NCBI RefSeq assembly: GCF_009914755.1
Contig: NC_060933.1
Reading direction: 5' to 3' (one strand)
Length of the DNA: 64,000 nucleotides
Source of the DNA: the human T2T-CHM13v2.0 reference genome, Homo sapiens
Shown here: piece after piece, positions 38,046 to 52,967 of the stretch
Layout: the number at the start of each line of letters is the position of its first letter
Position numbering within the stretch: position 1 is the stretch's first letter
The notes under the pieces: model-generated
Databases searched by the model: none
What the model was told of the DNA's origin: nothing
What the model saw: the letters and a program-made list of their open reading frames with translations, nothing else
Translations under genes and position numbers: made by a program

Positions 38046-40703
38046 GTTCTCAGAGCCTAAGCAGGAGTAGGATGGCCCACGGTGGAGAGCATGGTAGCCC
38101 AGGGAGTGGGGTCTGTGTTAGATGTGGGCTGCCCGTGGGGGGAGGGTGGGCTTCTAACAGTCCCAATGTGTCTGAGACGCGTAGGGCCCTGGGGTGACCT
38201 GGCAGTATCTGTTGACCTGAAGGTCGGGACAGGAATTGCTCAGCTTCTTGAGGGAATTCGGCACTTCTCTCTGTGTCCCTCTGCATAACAAATCACCCCC
38301 ACACACATATTGGGATGTTTCTCAGCTCCGGTGACCAGCTGGCCTGGGCTCGGCAATTCCCTTGCTCTACCTGAGGCTGCCCAAGGCTGCCTGGTGGTCA
38401 TGTGGGAGCCGGACTGGCTGAGAGGCTCAGGAAGTGCCATGGAAGGCACAGGGTGGGGTTGTGAGGCTGGTCTTCGCCAGGAAGCTAGACATCCCTGCTG
38501 CTCCCTCCCCGTGGGGCCTGTCCACACGGTCTTGTCACGGGGTCTCTCTCCAGAGCGTCCTGCACAGGGATGTTCCACTCCCACTGCGTTTTGTGGGTGA
38601 GTGGGAGCCACTGGTCTGGGTTACCCAGGGGAGAAGACCACCTGAGAGCAGGGATCCTGGGAGGGTGGCCACGGGGCCATCTTTGGAGATTTGCTGTGAC
38701 TCATTTTCCTGAATCAGGTGTGAGGCTCATTTAGCTTACATAACTCATTTCAAGGAGAAATTACTTCAAAGTACAAAATGTTATCGTCTATGCCATTGCA
38801 GTTTTGGGGAAGAGTTACTGCTCTTTGCTAGGAAAAGCCTTTAGAGGGTTTTTAGAGGCAATAGGAATTGCCGAGATGAATTCCAAGGCAGAGATACTCA
38901 TGAATAAGGGTTAATTCAGCAACTTAGTGAGGGCACATTATCAGCCCCTGGACCCTCCACTGGCACCTGACGGTACCAGGCTCCGCACAAGAACACTGCT
39001 GCCTGCACACTGTGGTGTCTGCCTCCTCTTGTAACTGGGCCTGCACTCCCCACCTTCTTCTCAGAGCTGATGGGGACAAGGCTGTGTCTCGGCACATCCT
39101 CCACCCAGTCTCAGCTGCCTGCTTCCTGGGAAGTAAGCCCCCAGGGACTCGATTTCCCTGTGCCCCCACCCCATCAGATATTCTCCACTTCATCTGAAAC
39201 ATCTGGAAGGTGGGAACATCTGTTATACCATAGGGTGGGTAGACGTGTTGTGGAAGTTCTTTTTGCAAAGAGGAGCTTCTCAGCAGGGCCAGGGGACCCT
39301 CACTCACCTCCAGGGAGTAAATCAGCTGGGTGGGGTGGAGTGGGGGGTGGGCCTGGTGCCTGTGAGGAAGGGCTTTCAAATCAAGTCCAGGCTTCCCCTG
39401 TTAACTCACCACTCTTCCCTTATCTGTGGGAAAAATAACAATATCATTTCATGCTATGATTTAAGTTTCAATAATGAAAATATCAATTAATACACTGAGC
39501 TCTAAACTCTGGAATCTAGCATAGAGGTCCAATTTCCACTCATCATTCTCCAACATGTGTCCCTCTTCCCCCATGCCTTCTATGTGTCCTGTCTGCGCCC
39601 AGGACTGCGTGTCCCAGGAAGACATGCCATGGGCCCCTGCCTGCTGGCTTCTCATTGGATTTGGCCAATGAGAGGTGTTGGTGGGAGATGAGAGGGCTGT
39701 GGGGAGGGAGGTAGGGGTGTGTCTTCCCTCTCACTCCTGCTTTCGGCTGAGTCCCCAGGGGTGCCTTGCCCCTCTGCACTTTACCTCCTGCCAGGAACCC
39801 CTGCCCCACGGCTCTGCTGTGCGTATCTTCTGCCCTCAGCCCTCAGCCCAAGGCTGGTGACAGTCCCCCGGTCCCCAGGAATACATCAGCTCCATCCTCT
39901 TGGCTCTCTGAGCCACCACACATCTGAGAATGTGAACCTTCCTTTCTCTGTGGGAACTTGGGGCGACACCTCCTTCTGCTTGGCCCTGGCTGGTGTGCAC
40001 GCAGGAGGACTTGAGTGGAACCATGACCCTGAACAGGTCAGGCATGGGGCTGGCTTGCTCTTGGCAGAGCACTTGGCTTCAGTCCCACATACCTGTCCCT
40101 GCCTCTCCCACATCACTGGACAAAGCTAGGCTTGGGGTTGTGCCTAATCAGAAAGCAAAGCAGCACAACCCCCAGGTGCCTGGAAGGAGGGAAGCAGGAA
40201 GTTTATGAGTGGTGCCAGGACCCACACTGAGGCCTGGCTGCCAGTGACATGGGTGCCTGCTCAGACTCCTTTTGGCAACAGGTGTGCCCATCCCTCAGCC
40301 CCTGAGAACGTGGCTGCTAACCAATTCCTGCCCCTCCTTCTCTGCAGAGTTGCACACAGGGAGCCGTGGGGGCTTTCCCTCTCCAGACCCCAGCCAAAGA
40401 CCAGCGGGCAAAGGAGATGGGAAAGGCCAGCCTGCTGCCTCCAAGTGGGACCAGCTCTAGGTACACTTCACACTCCAGAGCCCCTGGGGGCCCAGGCCAC
40501 CTCCTGGCCGAGCTTTCCCTCCTCACACCGCTTCTCCTGAGAGCACCCCCATCCATCATCAGAACAGAAGTCCGCATCCCAGCCTCTGGGGAACCCAGCC
40601 TGAGGCAGGAACTGTTTCAGAGTCATGAAGCCAGCAACGAGAGAAGCCAAGACCAAAAGGGAAGCCTGTCTGACTTAAAATCCTGCCTTCTAGAAAGTAA
40701 ATC

Positions 40704-40995
40704 TGCTGTGGTTTGACTGTGGCCTGCCCCTAATACATCTGTTGAAATCCTAACCCCCAAGGTGATGGTGTTAGGAGGTGGGGTCTTTGGGAGGTGATTA
40801 GGTCATAGGGGTGGGGCTCTCATGACTGGGATTAGTGCCCCTATAAAAGACACCCCAGAGAGACCCACTGCCCCTTCCACCACGTGGGGACACAGTGAGG
40901 AGGTACCGTGTATGTCAACAAGACATAAATGTTTGTTATTTATAAGCCACTCTGTATGTGGTATTCTGTGGTACCAGCCCAAATGAGCTAAGGCA
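40704..40995 (+). mobile_element. MLT1A0-like solo LTR with internal deletion
   Basis: TG...CA ends with exact 5-bp TSD AAATC (40699-40703, 40996-41000). Confidence 0.88.
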
Positions 40996-41281
40996 AAATC
41001 CAATATCCCCAAATGAAAATAAGACTTATGGTGCATCTTGTGGTGTATATCATTTGTTCTGTGGGAGAGTGTGACACAGCCATAGAAGACCATGGTAAAT
41101 AACAATGACTAAACCCATCACCACTGCTGGAGGAAGCAGGGACTGCACCAGCAGGGAGGAGGGCAGCATCTGTTTGCTGGGAGCTTTCCTTGAAGCTGGG
41201 GCTGGGTTGAATCCCATCCCCCACTAGCTGCATAACTTAGTTCAAGCTGCTTCCCTCTGGAAGGCAGGCCTTGTCTCATCA

Positions 41282-41700
<419 letters not shown>

Positions 41701-44700
41701 CTAAGTACCCCCTCTATCAAGAGTTGAGGTGTTGGGCACTAAATAACAAGCTATAAAAGCCACATGAGCCCCAAGGCTCAGGCCACCTGCAAGGAGTGGT
41801 TCCCTGCAGCCAGCCAAGCTGCTCTCCAGACCAGAGAGAGCTTTCCTTCCCTGCAGGGGTGCTGGAAGGTGCCTTTCACTGCAGCATGGCAGCTTCACTG
41901 GGTGAGACCAGGGCCAACTGTGGCCAGGGATGAGGCCAGGCCAGTCTGCCAGGGATTCCTTCAAGGACTGGGGAAGAACTTGCCAGAGAGAAAGCCAGGG
42001 CACTCTGAGGTAGGCCAGCTTCCCTAGGGGATGCGCTGGCTGGCTTCCTCCAGGCTCTGGCTGGCTGCTCCTTGACTTCAGGGTCTCCTTGGGTTTGGGA
42101 AGAGCAGCCTGTCTTGGTCTCTAACTTGCCTGTCAGTCCCCTGGGATCTCCTGCACACTCAGGAGGGCAATTTTTCCAAAAACGCTTCTGGGGACAGTTC
42201 TGCTGGTTCACTGAGAACACTATGGGCATCGAGAGGACAGAGGAGCCCTCCACTCCATGGGGTGGATTTGCATTTCCACCCAGGTAGAGCTCTGTGGAGA
42301 AATTTCTGGCTCAATGGGGGCCAAGCCTGAACCGACATTGAACTTGAACGGGAGCTCGAGCTCCAGTTCCAGGCTGATCCTGGGATAGGGGGCTGTCCTC
42401 TGCTGATTGATCACATGCAGCATCAGAGAAACGGGAGGAGTGCTGTGCCACCACACGATGAGACAGGACGCTGTCCTACCTTGGCCCTTATTGGTCACGG
42501 GGCCAGAGCTCTGGGCTAGGAGCCAACGTGGGGCTGGGGACTGCATTTTGAATTCCTGATCTTCCCAGCTTTCCAGCTGTGACTTCAGACTTTTTGGTAC
42601 CTCTCTGAGCTTTAATGTCCACATTTTTAAGACGTCTGACCTCACATAGTACCTGTGTGCTCAGAGGTGCTTAATGCACTAATTGACTCGGGATCTGACC
42701 TTGGGGCAGGTTGCTGGCCTTCCCTCTCTCAGTGCTCAATATCTTCAGAGATGGCCAGACGCCTCTCTGCTTGTGAACTGCGGATTAAAGCCAATGGGCT
42801 CTTAAAGTCTCTCCCAGTTGTAGGACACCAATTTCCCCAGGTTCCATAATCACCTGTTCTGTTAGCTGCTTCCTCCCACACATGCACACACACACACGCA
42901 CACACACAGGCACATGTGCCCATAGTGCATACCTGTCTATTGTGAAGCGCAATCGTTCAATCTTGTTGGACTCCCCAGCTATTACATTAGGTCAGCAGCG
43001 TTGGCTTTACCAACCTCAGATAGTCAAGGATGAGTGAAAAGTAAAGAGCTACTTTGCCCCTGCAGAGAGTGGCGAAGGTGCTGGTGAGGAGGGCCAGCAT
43101 GCCGTGCTCAATGGCCTGCAACAGCAGACAGCCCTGTGAGCCTCCCAAATGGGCCTGGCAGCTCGTTCTTAAAGAGTGAGTACTAGAAAATAAAGACAGT
43201 GATTCTCTTGATGTTTTTCATTCTCCCGGGTTCTTGAGGCCACCCGAGGGTCTGTGGGGATGTCTGGGTGTTACCAGTGCAGGTGGGCTCTGCCTTTTTG
43301 CTCTGGTTTTGACATTGTCACCATCCAGCCATGTGCTGGATGAGGCTGTGGCCTCTTTTGCTTGCTTCTGCTCCTTTCCATGGAGGCTGACATCTGTCTC
43401 ATAAACATGAAAGGAGAAGGCCCTATTTCAAAGCTGAATGATACTTTTTGCCTTTTTCTACAGGGTAAAATTGAACAAAATCATTTTTTCTACAAGCGTC
43501 CTCTCTCCTTAGCATTTGCCCTATTTATTTATTTTTTCAGGGCTGCAAATTACTTCAAATAAACAAGGTAGCACAGAAAAAACAATGGCCAGAACCCTTG
43601 GTTTCTATTAAACAATCATGTTATGGGAACATTGCACCTTGTGGAATCCCCGGGTGAGGTGATGGACAAGCAGCCGGTGCACAGTATGTTCTGTTCTGAG
43701 CTGGAAGTTGGTTGCTTTGATTCTCTCACTTGGTCTTGCACAGTTTAGCAATTAGTGAAGAACAACTTCAGCTTGCAGGGTTCTCCTGGAGCCTGTCTTG
43801 TTTGTCCCAGGGCCCGGCTTTGGCAGCAGAGAGCAGATTCTGAGAGGTTCTGTTCCCTGGCTGACAAAGCTCTGGGCCTCAGCATCAACGCTGCCATGAG
43901 CATATCTGCCAGCAGTTGGGCAGGAGGAGACCTCTCTGGCTGGGGTCTGGCCTGGTGGAGAAGGGACTGGCCCTCCAGTTCACACCTGCTGGAAGGCAGA
44001 TCCCTGGCACCTCCACACCCTATCCTGCCCACTAATGTGGTCTCAGCCTCTCCCAGTCTCCTCTTCTGTCCAATAACTCCACCCAGACCATTTCCTATCA
44101 TTGTTGCAAAGACTGAGACAAGACGCATGAAAGTTGTGTGCCCAGGAGAGGGCCTTGCCTGGAGTGGATACATGGTGAAAGTGAGTTTCCTCCCCACACT
44201 TGGAATGCGAACCACTTTGTTTTTCCCACCATGCAACTGTGCCTGCAGCTGCAGCTTCATCCAAAGGTTTCCCCTTTTCATCCCCTGTGGGGTTCCTGTC
44301 TGTGCTCTCTACAAGCCACAGAGGTTGACGGCCCCCTTGAGGCAGTCTGACCTTGGGTTTTCTTTCCTATTCATGCATACTGACCACCCCAGGGCCTGCG
44401 ATGCAAGGAAGTGGAGATCTGGGAAACTGTTCTTGTCCCCTATTTCTTTATTTGCCTTCAGAGGAACTTGCCTTTCTAAATACAGTCACCCTGGAAGTTT
44501 CAGGAGAGGAAGGTCTGTTGGGGTTTCCAGGAAGCACAGTGAATGAACTCAGGGTGCCCCAAAGCAACCCCAGGATCGGCATGGTGCGGTGAGCACGGAA
44601 GCAGAGCCGTGGCCAGCTTCAGCCAGGGATAAGTGAAGCTCCATTTTTTGTGGGATTAAAGCTTTTCTGGTGCATGGCAAGGTACCATTTCTTTTCTTCC

Positions 44701-47084
44701 AACTGAAAAACAGAAGGAGAGAAGATCCCCCAAGTAGCCATGGGGCCTCCCTGGCTATTATTCTGGCAGAGTGAAGGCCGTGCAGACATGTGGATGAAAT
44801 TTCTCTTCAGTTAGTTACAAATATGTCTGCAAAGCCTGTGTATCATAAACCAGAAAGCAACTATATGTATATATGTATATGTGTGTGCATGTGTAGGTGT
44901 TTGCATATCATACTTCTGCTAAGTCCTCAGATAAAACCAACGCTGGCAACTAGATCGAGAAATCATGGCCCAGGCTCAGCATCGCCCAAGGGCAGCTGAC
45001 CTAGCCTTTGCAATGGCACTGGCATTAGCCGGGGAGGTCCGCACCAGGACACACTCCCTGGCTGGGGTGGGATGTTCTGAACCGTGCAGATGGGGATTAG
45101 GCCGAGCCCCACACCCTGAGCGCCTCTGTAAACAAAGGGCTTCTCAGTAAGCAGAGCTCAGCATTTAAAGCCCTGAGGTTGATGGTCCTCGCTTGCCATG
45201 ACCTCAAAGGCTGGGTATCATTTTCCATCCTGGGAAGGGAAGACCCCTGAGGCGCCTGCAGTGAAGTGACCAGCTCAAGGTCACCAGCGAGTAGATGACT
45301 CCAGGCATTGGGAACATGCCCAGAGGAGTGCTTTGCAGCCGTCCTGAAGCCTGTCTGGGAACTGTTTACAGGGCCTGGTTGAAAGCTCTGCTAGGAGTCG
45401 GGTATCCCGACTGAACTTCTCAGATGTCTGCAGAAGCAGGGAGCCAGTGAGAGGGAGATAAATTGTACAAGCTAGAACGAGGAGGAGGCCAGCCCCCATG
45501 GCTCTTGGGGGTGAACTGCCCGCTGTCCTCGCTGTTTGGGTCCCGGCCCCAGGCCCAGCGGCAATGAGGAGCTGTGAGCACAGCCTGCTTCTGGCAGGAC
45601 CTCCTGTACCGCTGTTATTTTTATCTCTGTGCAGGGCTGGAGTTTACCTTTTTGTTCTGGTTTCCCATAAACACAGCTTGTGGGCTTCCCTTGCTGCCTC
45701 CTTTCTTGGCATTTAAGACATACACCTGCCTGCATTTCAGATCTTTCTGGCAGGCTCAGGAACACCAGCAGGCTCTTTGCAGCCATGGGCTGCATTGAGA
45801 AAGTGCAAGAAAACCAAGTGAGGCTCTTGGGCTCTTAGCTCCTCAGCCTGCGTCTCCAGAGTGGCTTGGCTCTGCTCAGCAAGGGAGAGTGTGCACAGCC
45901 CAACACACAGGAACCCAGGAGGGGAGCAGGCCAGAAACCCCCACTGAGGGCTACTGCTGTTTGAGGTGAGGAGGCCCTGGCGCCCCCAGCCAGCTGGTCT
46001 GCGGCCAGGAGCACTGAGTGCCCTTAGTTTCTTGGTGGTGATGACTTCCCTCTGCGGGTTAATTATGCAGCCTAATAGCTGTTATTACTCCTGAACACAG
46101 TGTGCTGCTGGCAGCCTGTGGCAGTTTTAAGGGCAGCTCTGTCTACCAGCTTCCCCTTCTCTGGGTGCCCTGCCCACCCTTCAGAAAAATAAAGTGAGAG
46201 GGCGCCTCTCCCAGCAAGGCGGCGCTCAGTCCACGGCCGGCGGGAGCTTCCTCCAGGCTGCTGCCCTGCTAGTGACGTTGATTATTGGAGGGCATTTTAC
46301 TTTCTTGGGAGACCTGGGTTTGGGAGCTGACTATGCCAGGGAGGAAGCGGCTGGGACCAGCAGTTTGGTGGAAAGGTGCTGAGCATGGTGAGACTCACTC
46401 TGGGTTTGTCCCGAGGCCCCGGGTGCCTTGCTCAAGGCTCAGAATTGCTGTCAGTTGTGGGGGCACAGAGCACCTCATGGGCACGGCTCCTGAGGACTGT
46501 GGATTTGGGGTTCAGAGGGGCTCTCAGAGCTCACCTGGCCCCCCATCTCTACCCAGCGCAGCAACCATAGCCTCAGGATCTCCAGCGTTCAGCTCTCATT
46601 TCCTGTGACTTCCGAATGGGCACTTTGAGACAACCCACCTGGTGTCTTTCATAACCTGGGTCCTGACGGCCCCTGGCATTTCTTCATCTGGGATTGTGAA
46701 CCCCCGTGGGCCATGGCTATGCCCCATTCCTTGTGACATACTCTGTGGAGGTGAGTTCAGAACTCAGTCCCCAACATATTTATGGAGGCAAATAAAAAAC
46801 CCCAAAGGGGCAATGCAGAAATCTCATTCTAACTTTTTGTCTCTTGGATGTGGTGAATGGTTCCCAGACTGAAAAGGATGCATCTGAGTGTCACCTCCCC
46901 TAGTGCCTCTGCTGGAGGAGTTATGCCCAAGGAGAGCAGAGGCAGGGGGCAGTGGCTGGGACATGGGGCCGGAGCACTCTGCCCTGCCCCTTGTGGACCA
47001 CACATTTGGGTGCAGCAAGCCTGTTTCTAGGAGGTGCTGTTGGACTCGTGTGCATCTGTGCTCATTTACAGTCATTCAGAAGGC

Positions 47085-47458
<374 letters not shown>

Positions 47459-49814
47459 TGATTATTCTTGAGGCTGACTCAGACTTGATTTCTGGGGGTC
47501 CCTCTGATGGCCGCAGAGGGGCTGATGCAGTCACCACGCAGATGGTTAGGGAGCTCTCATTATGCATAAGAGACGGTGGGGCAGGTGTACGGTCTCAGAT
47601 GGGCTGGCCAGGACTTCCACCCTCAGGGAACCAAGAGTCCAGGTGAGAAGCCGGTGGTCCAGGATGGAGGGGAGGGCACCAGGTACACCCACAGGCAGCA
47701 TACAGGGTCATGACTTGCCTGTGGTTGGCTGCAGACTCTGCTCCAGAACAGCAACCACCGGCCGTCTGCAGCAGGCCACTCTACTAGTGTGGGTGCATGG
47801 AAGGGGGCCTGCTGCAGTCCTCACTTCATGGTCATTTGAGCTGAGGCAGTCACGTGGCCACTACAACCAGGCCTGCAGGCAGAGGCAATCTGTGTTTAAA
47901 ATGGCCGTGGGTTCCCCTACACTGTGGAGGCAGGGATGAGACCACCACCCTTGGTGCCCAGTGAGTCTGCAGTGACGCCACAGAGCACTGAGCAATGTGG
48001 ATTCTATGGGTTTTCTCCCTTCTCCAGGCATTTTCCACTGTTGTTGAAACAGGGGCCCAGAGCAGTAGGATAATACATTGACCTTTGTAAGGTTGTCAAT
48101 AATAGGTGTTGTTTTAGCTTAAAGCAAAATGTTAGCTTTTCTGCCTAATCCTTTCCACTGGGAAACTAAGTTTTTCTTCATTCTTAAAAAAACAGGCAGC
48201 TTTTTGCTAGCACACGTTTCTTAAATGTTTGGCTGCAGCCCCTCCTGGCTTCGAGCAGAGCCCGGCTGGATCTGGGAAGTGTGCGACCCCACTGATGTCA
48301 TGCTGTGGAACTGCCAAGCACCCAAGAGATGGGTACAATCTAAGTCAGAGAGTCCCCTGGCTCAAGGAGACAGGAACCCTGCGAGGCCGATGGCTACAGA
48401 GAGGTCAGCGGCAGGCAGGCTGCAGCCACTCACTCCCCCACTGACCTGGTCCCTGCCCTACTGGGGCATTTCTGCTCACATGAGGGGCTCCTGTCTTGCA
48501 AAGGCTCTTCCCACAGCCTAACTCAGTGGGCTGGCACTCACTGCAGGCAGAGAGGCCCCAGATACCTGTGTGATCTGGGGGTGAATGCAAATTGGAGTTG
48601 CACCGCCAAGCTCAGTTCTCAGCTTGCTCACATTTCTTGTGAAAATCAGGGAACATTCCACTCAGGTGGGTGTGGAGTTGCCTGTGGCCACAGGGTGTGA
48701 CCTACAGCCCAACAAAACCTCTCTGAGGAGCAGGAGAAGCAGAGCTTGTGTCCCCGCTCTGGCTGGGACCCGAGGAGAACTGCCTGATGTCAGAACTTCC
48801 AGGGGGAGATAAAGAGAGCTTTGACACGCCTCAGGGAGTGAACACAGCTCCCGGCATTATTTTTCCAGATCAACTGCAGGGCTTGGAACCCTGAAAGGGA
48901 AACTGTCCTCCTTCCCATCGTTTCTCAGCATGGACAGGGGATCCAATGAGTGCCCAGTGCTATGTCAGGCTGGGGCGTTGGCCGTTTAAGGCCCTGCTGA
49001 CCTTGGTGTGAATAGCGTGGGGCTGGGAGATGGTGCAGGCTGGAGTTTCAGTGAAGGGGTTCCTGGTGTTTTGCTATTCACTCACCATGTTTCATGTGCC
49101 CACTGTAGGGGGCAGATGGACCTGTGGGTGGAGAACAGCGACCCAGCCAGTAATCACAGAAGTAAGCACACAATGACAAAGTGCGAGGAGTGTGGGAAAG
49201 AAAGCCCAACAGTGGTGCAAGAACACACCCTCAGAGGCACGAACAGCTTCCCTAAGGAGGGGGCATTGAGCTCAGTCTGGGAGGGGATGCACTTAGGAAC
49301 CTAGATTCAGTTGCTCTGAGGCAGGCTGAGGGCTCCACTGCCGTGAGGCACTGAGATGCCGTCAGATGGAAGGTTTCGGTGACATGTGCTGAGCTCCCTG
49401 GAGTGAGCTGTCCTGAAGGAGACTCAGAGCTGGGAGAGGATCAGCTTTTGCACCCCACACCTCGGCACAGTAAGAAACCCGGGAAGGAGCGCTGGGCCGG
49501 CTGGCCATAGGCACAGCTCACTGTGTGGCACCTGCCCCACTGGCCCTGCTCTGCCTTCCCTGGGGGCAGGCATCGGACAAGGGTTCCCTATGCTTCTCTG
49601 AGCTCACTGGCCTGGGCGAGTCCTTCCATGGGTCTAAATGACACCCAGTACACTAGGGTGAGATAAAGACCAGGGCAGGGGGCTGGGGTGTGAGGGGCCA
49701 AGTACCAGGACCTTGGGGTCAGGGTAAACCTGGGGTCTCTATCACCCTGCTAACCAGCTAGGTGAGCTTATGAACCCTGGTTCTCAGTTGTGACATTGGG
49801 GCAAAGTCACTTGA

Positions 49815-50147
<333 letters not shown>

Positions 50148-50699
50148 AGTGGAACATCTTACTGTGGCCCATGCTGTGGCACAGATGGAGCACAGTCTAT
50201 GCGAACTTCATTCTGCCCCTTGGTCCTGTTCCACACCCTGCAGAGCTGCTCTCCTGTGGGGTGTCCTGTGGGGTCTTCGGGAGCACCGGGTGGGGTCAAG
50301 CTGGGTGGGGCATGTACCAAATCACCCATGCAGGCACTCACCAGCACCCTGACTTCCCCAATGTCCCTGGCAGCTTTCCTTGGTGACTGAGTGTCCCCAG
50401 GCTTAGCTTCATGCTTTCAAACAGTTTCTTTCTGGAAAACTCCGAAATTTTCCATAAATAAAAGAGGTATCCTTAGCAATCCTTGGGCTCAGATAGAGTG
50501 TTCTCTCTGCATGGTAATTAACGCCAGGAAAAAGGAAAATGCTGAGTCCCTGGCCTGGGCTCCCTGGTGGTCTGAAAGCTTTCCTATGGACAGTCATGTG
50601 TCAACTGCTTCCAGCGGGGCAGAAAGTCTTAGAAAGCCTGGGGAACCACTTGTGAAAACATGCAGCTCTGACAGTGACAGATGCAATTTTAGGCATACA

Positions 50700-51740
50700 T
50701 ATGTCTGATTTGGAGTTGGGAGTTGCCCTTTAAAATATGCAGGACCAGAAAATAGAAAGGACATCCTGAAGGCTGACAGATTTGATCTTGCAAAGGACAA
50801 ACTTGCTGCATAAAAGTTAAACATTTCTGTTTGGCAAGAAGTAAAATTACTAAGAAAAACCCGGGAAAATGTTTGGCAATTTCTGTGAAACATAAAAGGT
50901 TAGTGGCCACAATATGCAAAGAGCTTTACAAAATAAACACAAACAAAAAATGGGCAAAGATTATAAAAATGGAAGAAGAGGCCACCTTGGTTGCCAAGAT
51001 TACATAAAAAGATGCTCGATTTCACTAGTAATCAGCAAAATGAAGATAAAAGTCACAATGATGTATATTTTCCACCTCTAAGGTTGACACAATGTTTAAA
51101 AATGGACAACCTCAATGGTGGCCGGTTGCAAGGAAATGGGCACACTTCCTTACATTATTGCTGGGATGGTGAACCACAGCAAAGGCAAGAGAATGGCGGT
51201 TTTCGTTACACTGTAAAGTGCCTGGACACTTTGACTCAGCAGTCTCCTTTTTAGGAAGTTATCCTTCAGAAGTAAGTGAACTGATGTGTAAGAATATATG
51301 CACAGGGTGTGTACCACAGCTTTATACAAAGATAGCACAAAACAGGACAGCTTGAATGTTCCTGGGGACGGAATAGACGGATAAAGGATGGGACTTCCAT
51401 TCAGTGGAATATTAGATAGCTTTCAAGAGGAACAAGGTAGATCTGTGAGTATTATTCTGGAGGAATGCCCAGGAAATATTAAATTACAGAAAAGCAGCAA
51501 GTGTCCACTCAGTGCCCAGGGTGGCCTGCCCCGAGTAGGGCTCAGGGTTGTGTGTGTGCACATGGTGCAGGAAGGCAGGGTGCTGCCGGACAGGTCAGGG
51601 CCATGGCTTTGGGTCTTGGAGGTGGGGTAGCGGGTGAGCAGAGGACTCAGAAGTGCTCCCTCATGCAAGCATACTATGCCACTTGTTCCAGCAACATGAA
51701 CTATTTTTGTAGTATTAAAAGAGTCAACAATAAAACCCAG
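50700..51740 (+). mobile_element. Very old L1ME ORF2 end/3'UTR
   Basis: aaaaatgggcaaaga; aaaaagatgctcgatttcactagtaatcag; ccattcagtggaatatta. Confidence 0.65.
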
Positions 51741-52003
51741 CCGGTTGCAGGCAATGTGACTTCGGTGAGCCTCTGAGATGCCTCGTGCTGCAGTTGCTCT
51801 TGCATTTGGCTCCATTTCTATTTTGTTCCCTCCAAGCTCCCAGTTCTAGAAAAACCACCAACCATCTAGTAGTTTAGAAAGTTTCCTTCTACAAAATCAT
51901 GTTTTGAAGTCTCAGTTTCTCAAAAACAATGGCCCTGTGCATTTGGAAAGAGCAGTGTGCCTGCTGATGTTGGCTAGCATGCAATTTCATCTTTTGAGTC
52001 CTT

Positions 52004-52040
52004 TGTGTGTGTGTGTGTGTGTGCGCGCATGTGTGTGCGT
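52004..52040. repeat. (TG)n/(CG)n alternating purine-pyrimidine tract
   Basis: 37 nt of uninterrupted RY alternation. Confidence 0.9.
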
Positions 52041-52424
52041 TTGTTTGTTTGTTTTTTATAACAATATTCTTCTAAGCCAGATTGTAGAAGAAAGGAAGAA
52101 AGCTCTAACATTCCTCTTTGGCAAAGGAGAACCAATAGTCACTATTCTGTACATGGAACCCATCCCTCCTCCTTTTCCAGAAGCAGTCACATTCTTGCAG
52201 ACAAGCTCCTGTTTCTGGTATTCGTGGGCAGAGAGTAGGGACCCAGCGGTTCCTTGCGCTCAGAGCAGGAGGGCCCAAGGCAGAATTTCCCACTTTCCCA
52301 GTCAGTAGCTACAAGCAGGTAAAGTTTACCAGGCTGAAAAATCTTGGGGTAAAAGCTTTCCTGAGGCCAGGACAAACACAGGGTGAGACCAGACAATGAC
52401 TGAAAACAATGGATGTTTGGTGAA

Positions 52425-52520
52425 TGTCTTAGTCTGATTATGCTGCTGTGAGAAAGTACTGGAGACTAGGTAATTTAGAACACACATTTATTTTCTCATA
52501 GTTTTGGGGTTTTGAAGGTG
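52425..52520 (-). mobile_element. MST/MLT1A LTR end fragment
   Basis: tgtcttagtctg..gctgctg..agactaggtaattta..atttattttctcatagtt. Confidence 0.65.
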
Positions 52521-52612
52521 GCCCTGCCCTCAGAGCTGCACCAAACATTGCCCTAATGAGGACTCTGCTGTAGCCCTGACTCCACGGCTCTGCTAGGCAT
52601 TCCCTAGTGGAA

Positions 52613-52967
52613 TGCTGTGGTCTGAATGTTGTTTCCCCTCCCACATTCACGTTGAATTCTAAATCTCAATGCAATAGTATTAACAGGTGGGGCCTTTCGG
52701 AGGCGAGGAAATCATGAGGGTGCCTCCTTCATGAATGGGATTAGGCCTTTATAAAAGATGATTCACATAGCCTCTCTGTCTCCTCTAGAGGATGCAGCAA
52801 CAGAGAGCCATCTCGGAAGCAGAGTGCAGCCCTCACCAGACACAGAACCCACCAGAGCCTTGATCTTCAATTTTCCAGCCTTTAGAACTGTGAGAAATAC
52901 ATTTCTGTTGTATATAAGCCACCTAGGCTATGCGATTTTGTTGTATCTGTATTAATGGACCAAGACA
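52613..52967 (+). mobile_element. MSTD/MLT1A-like LTR
   Basis: tgctgtggtctgaatg...cagccctcaccagacac..agaactgtgagaaata..ggaccaagaca. Confidence 0.82.

Noticed and set aside
43755-44546. 263-aa ORF
   Set aside because: Non-ATG start, no domain, no splice support; likely chance.
46219-46245. REST/RE1-like sequence ctcagtccacggccggcg
   Set aside because: Needs an indel and several mismatches against the RE1 consensus.
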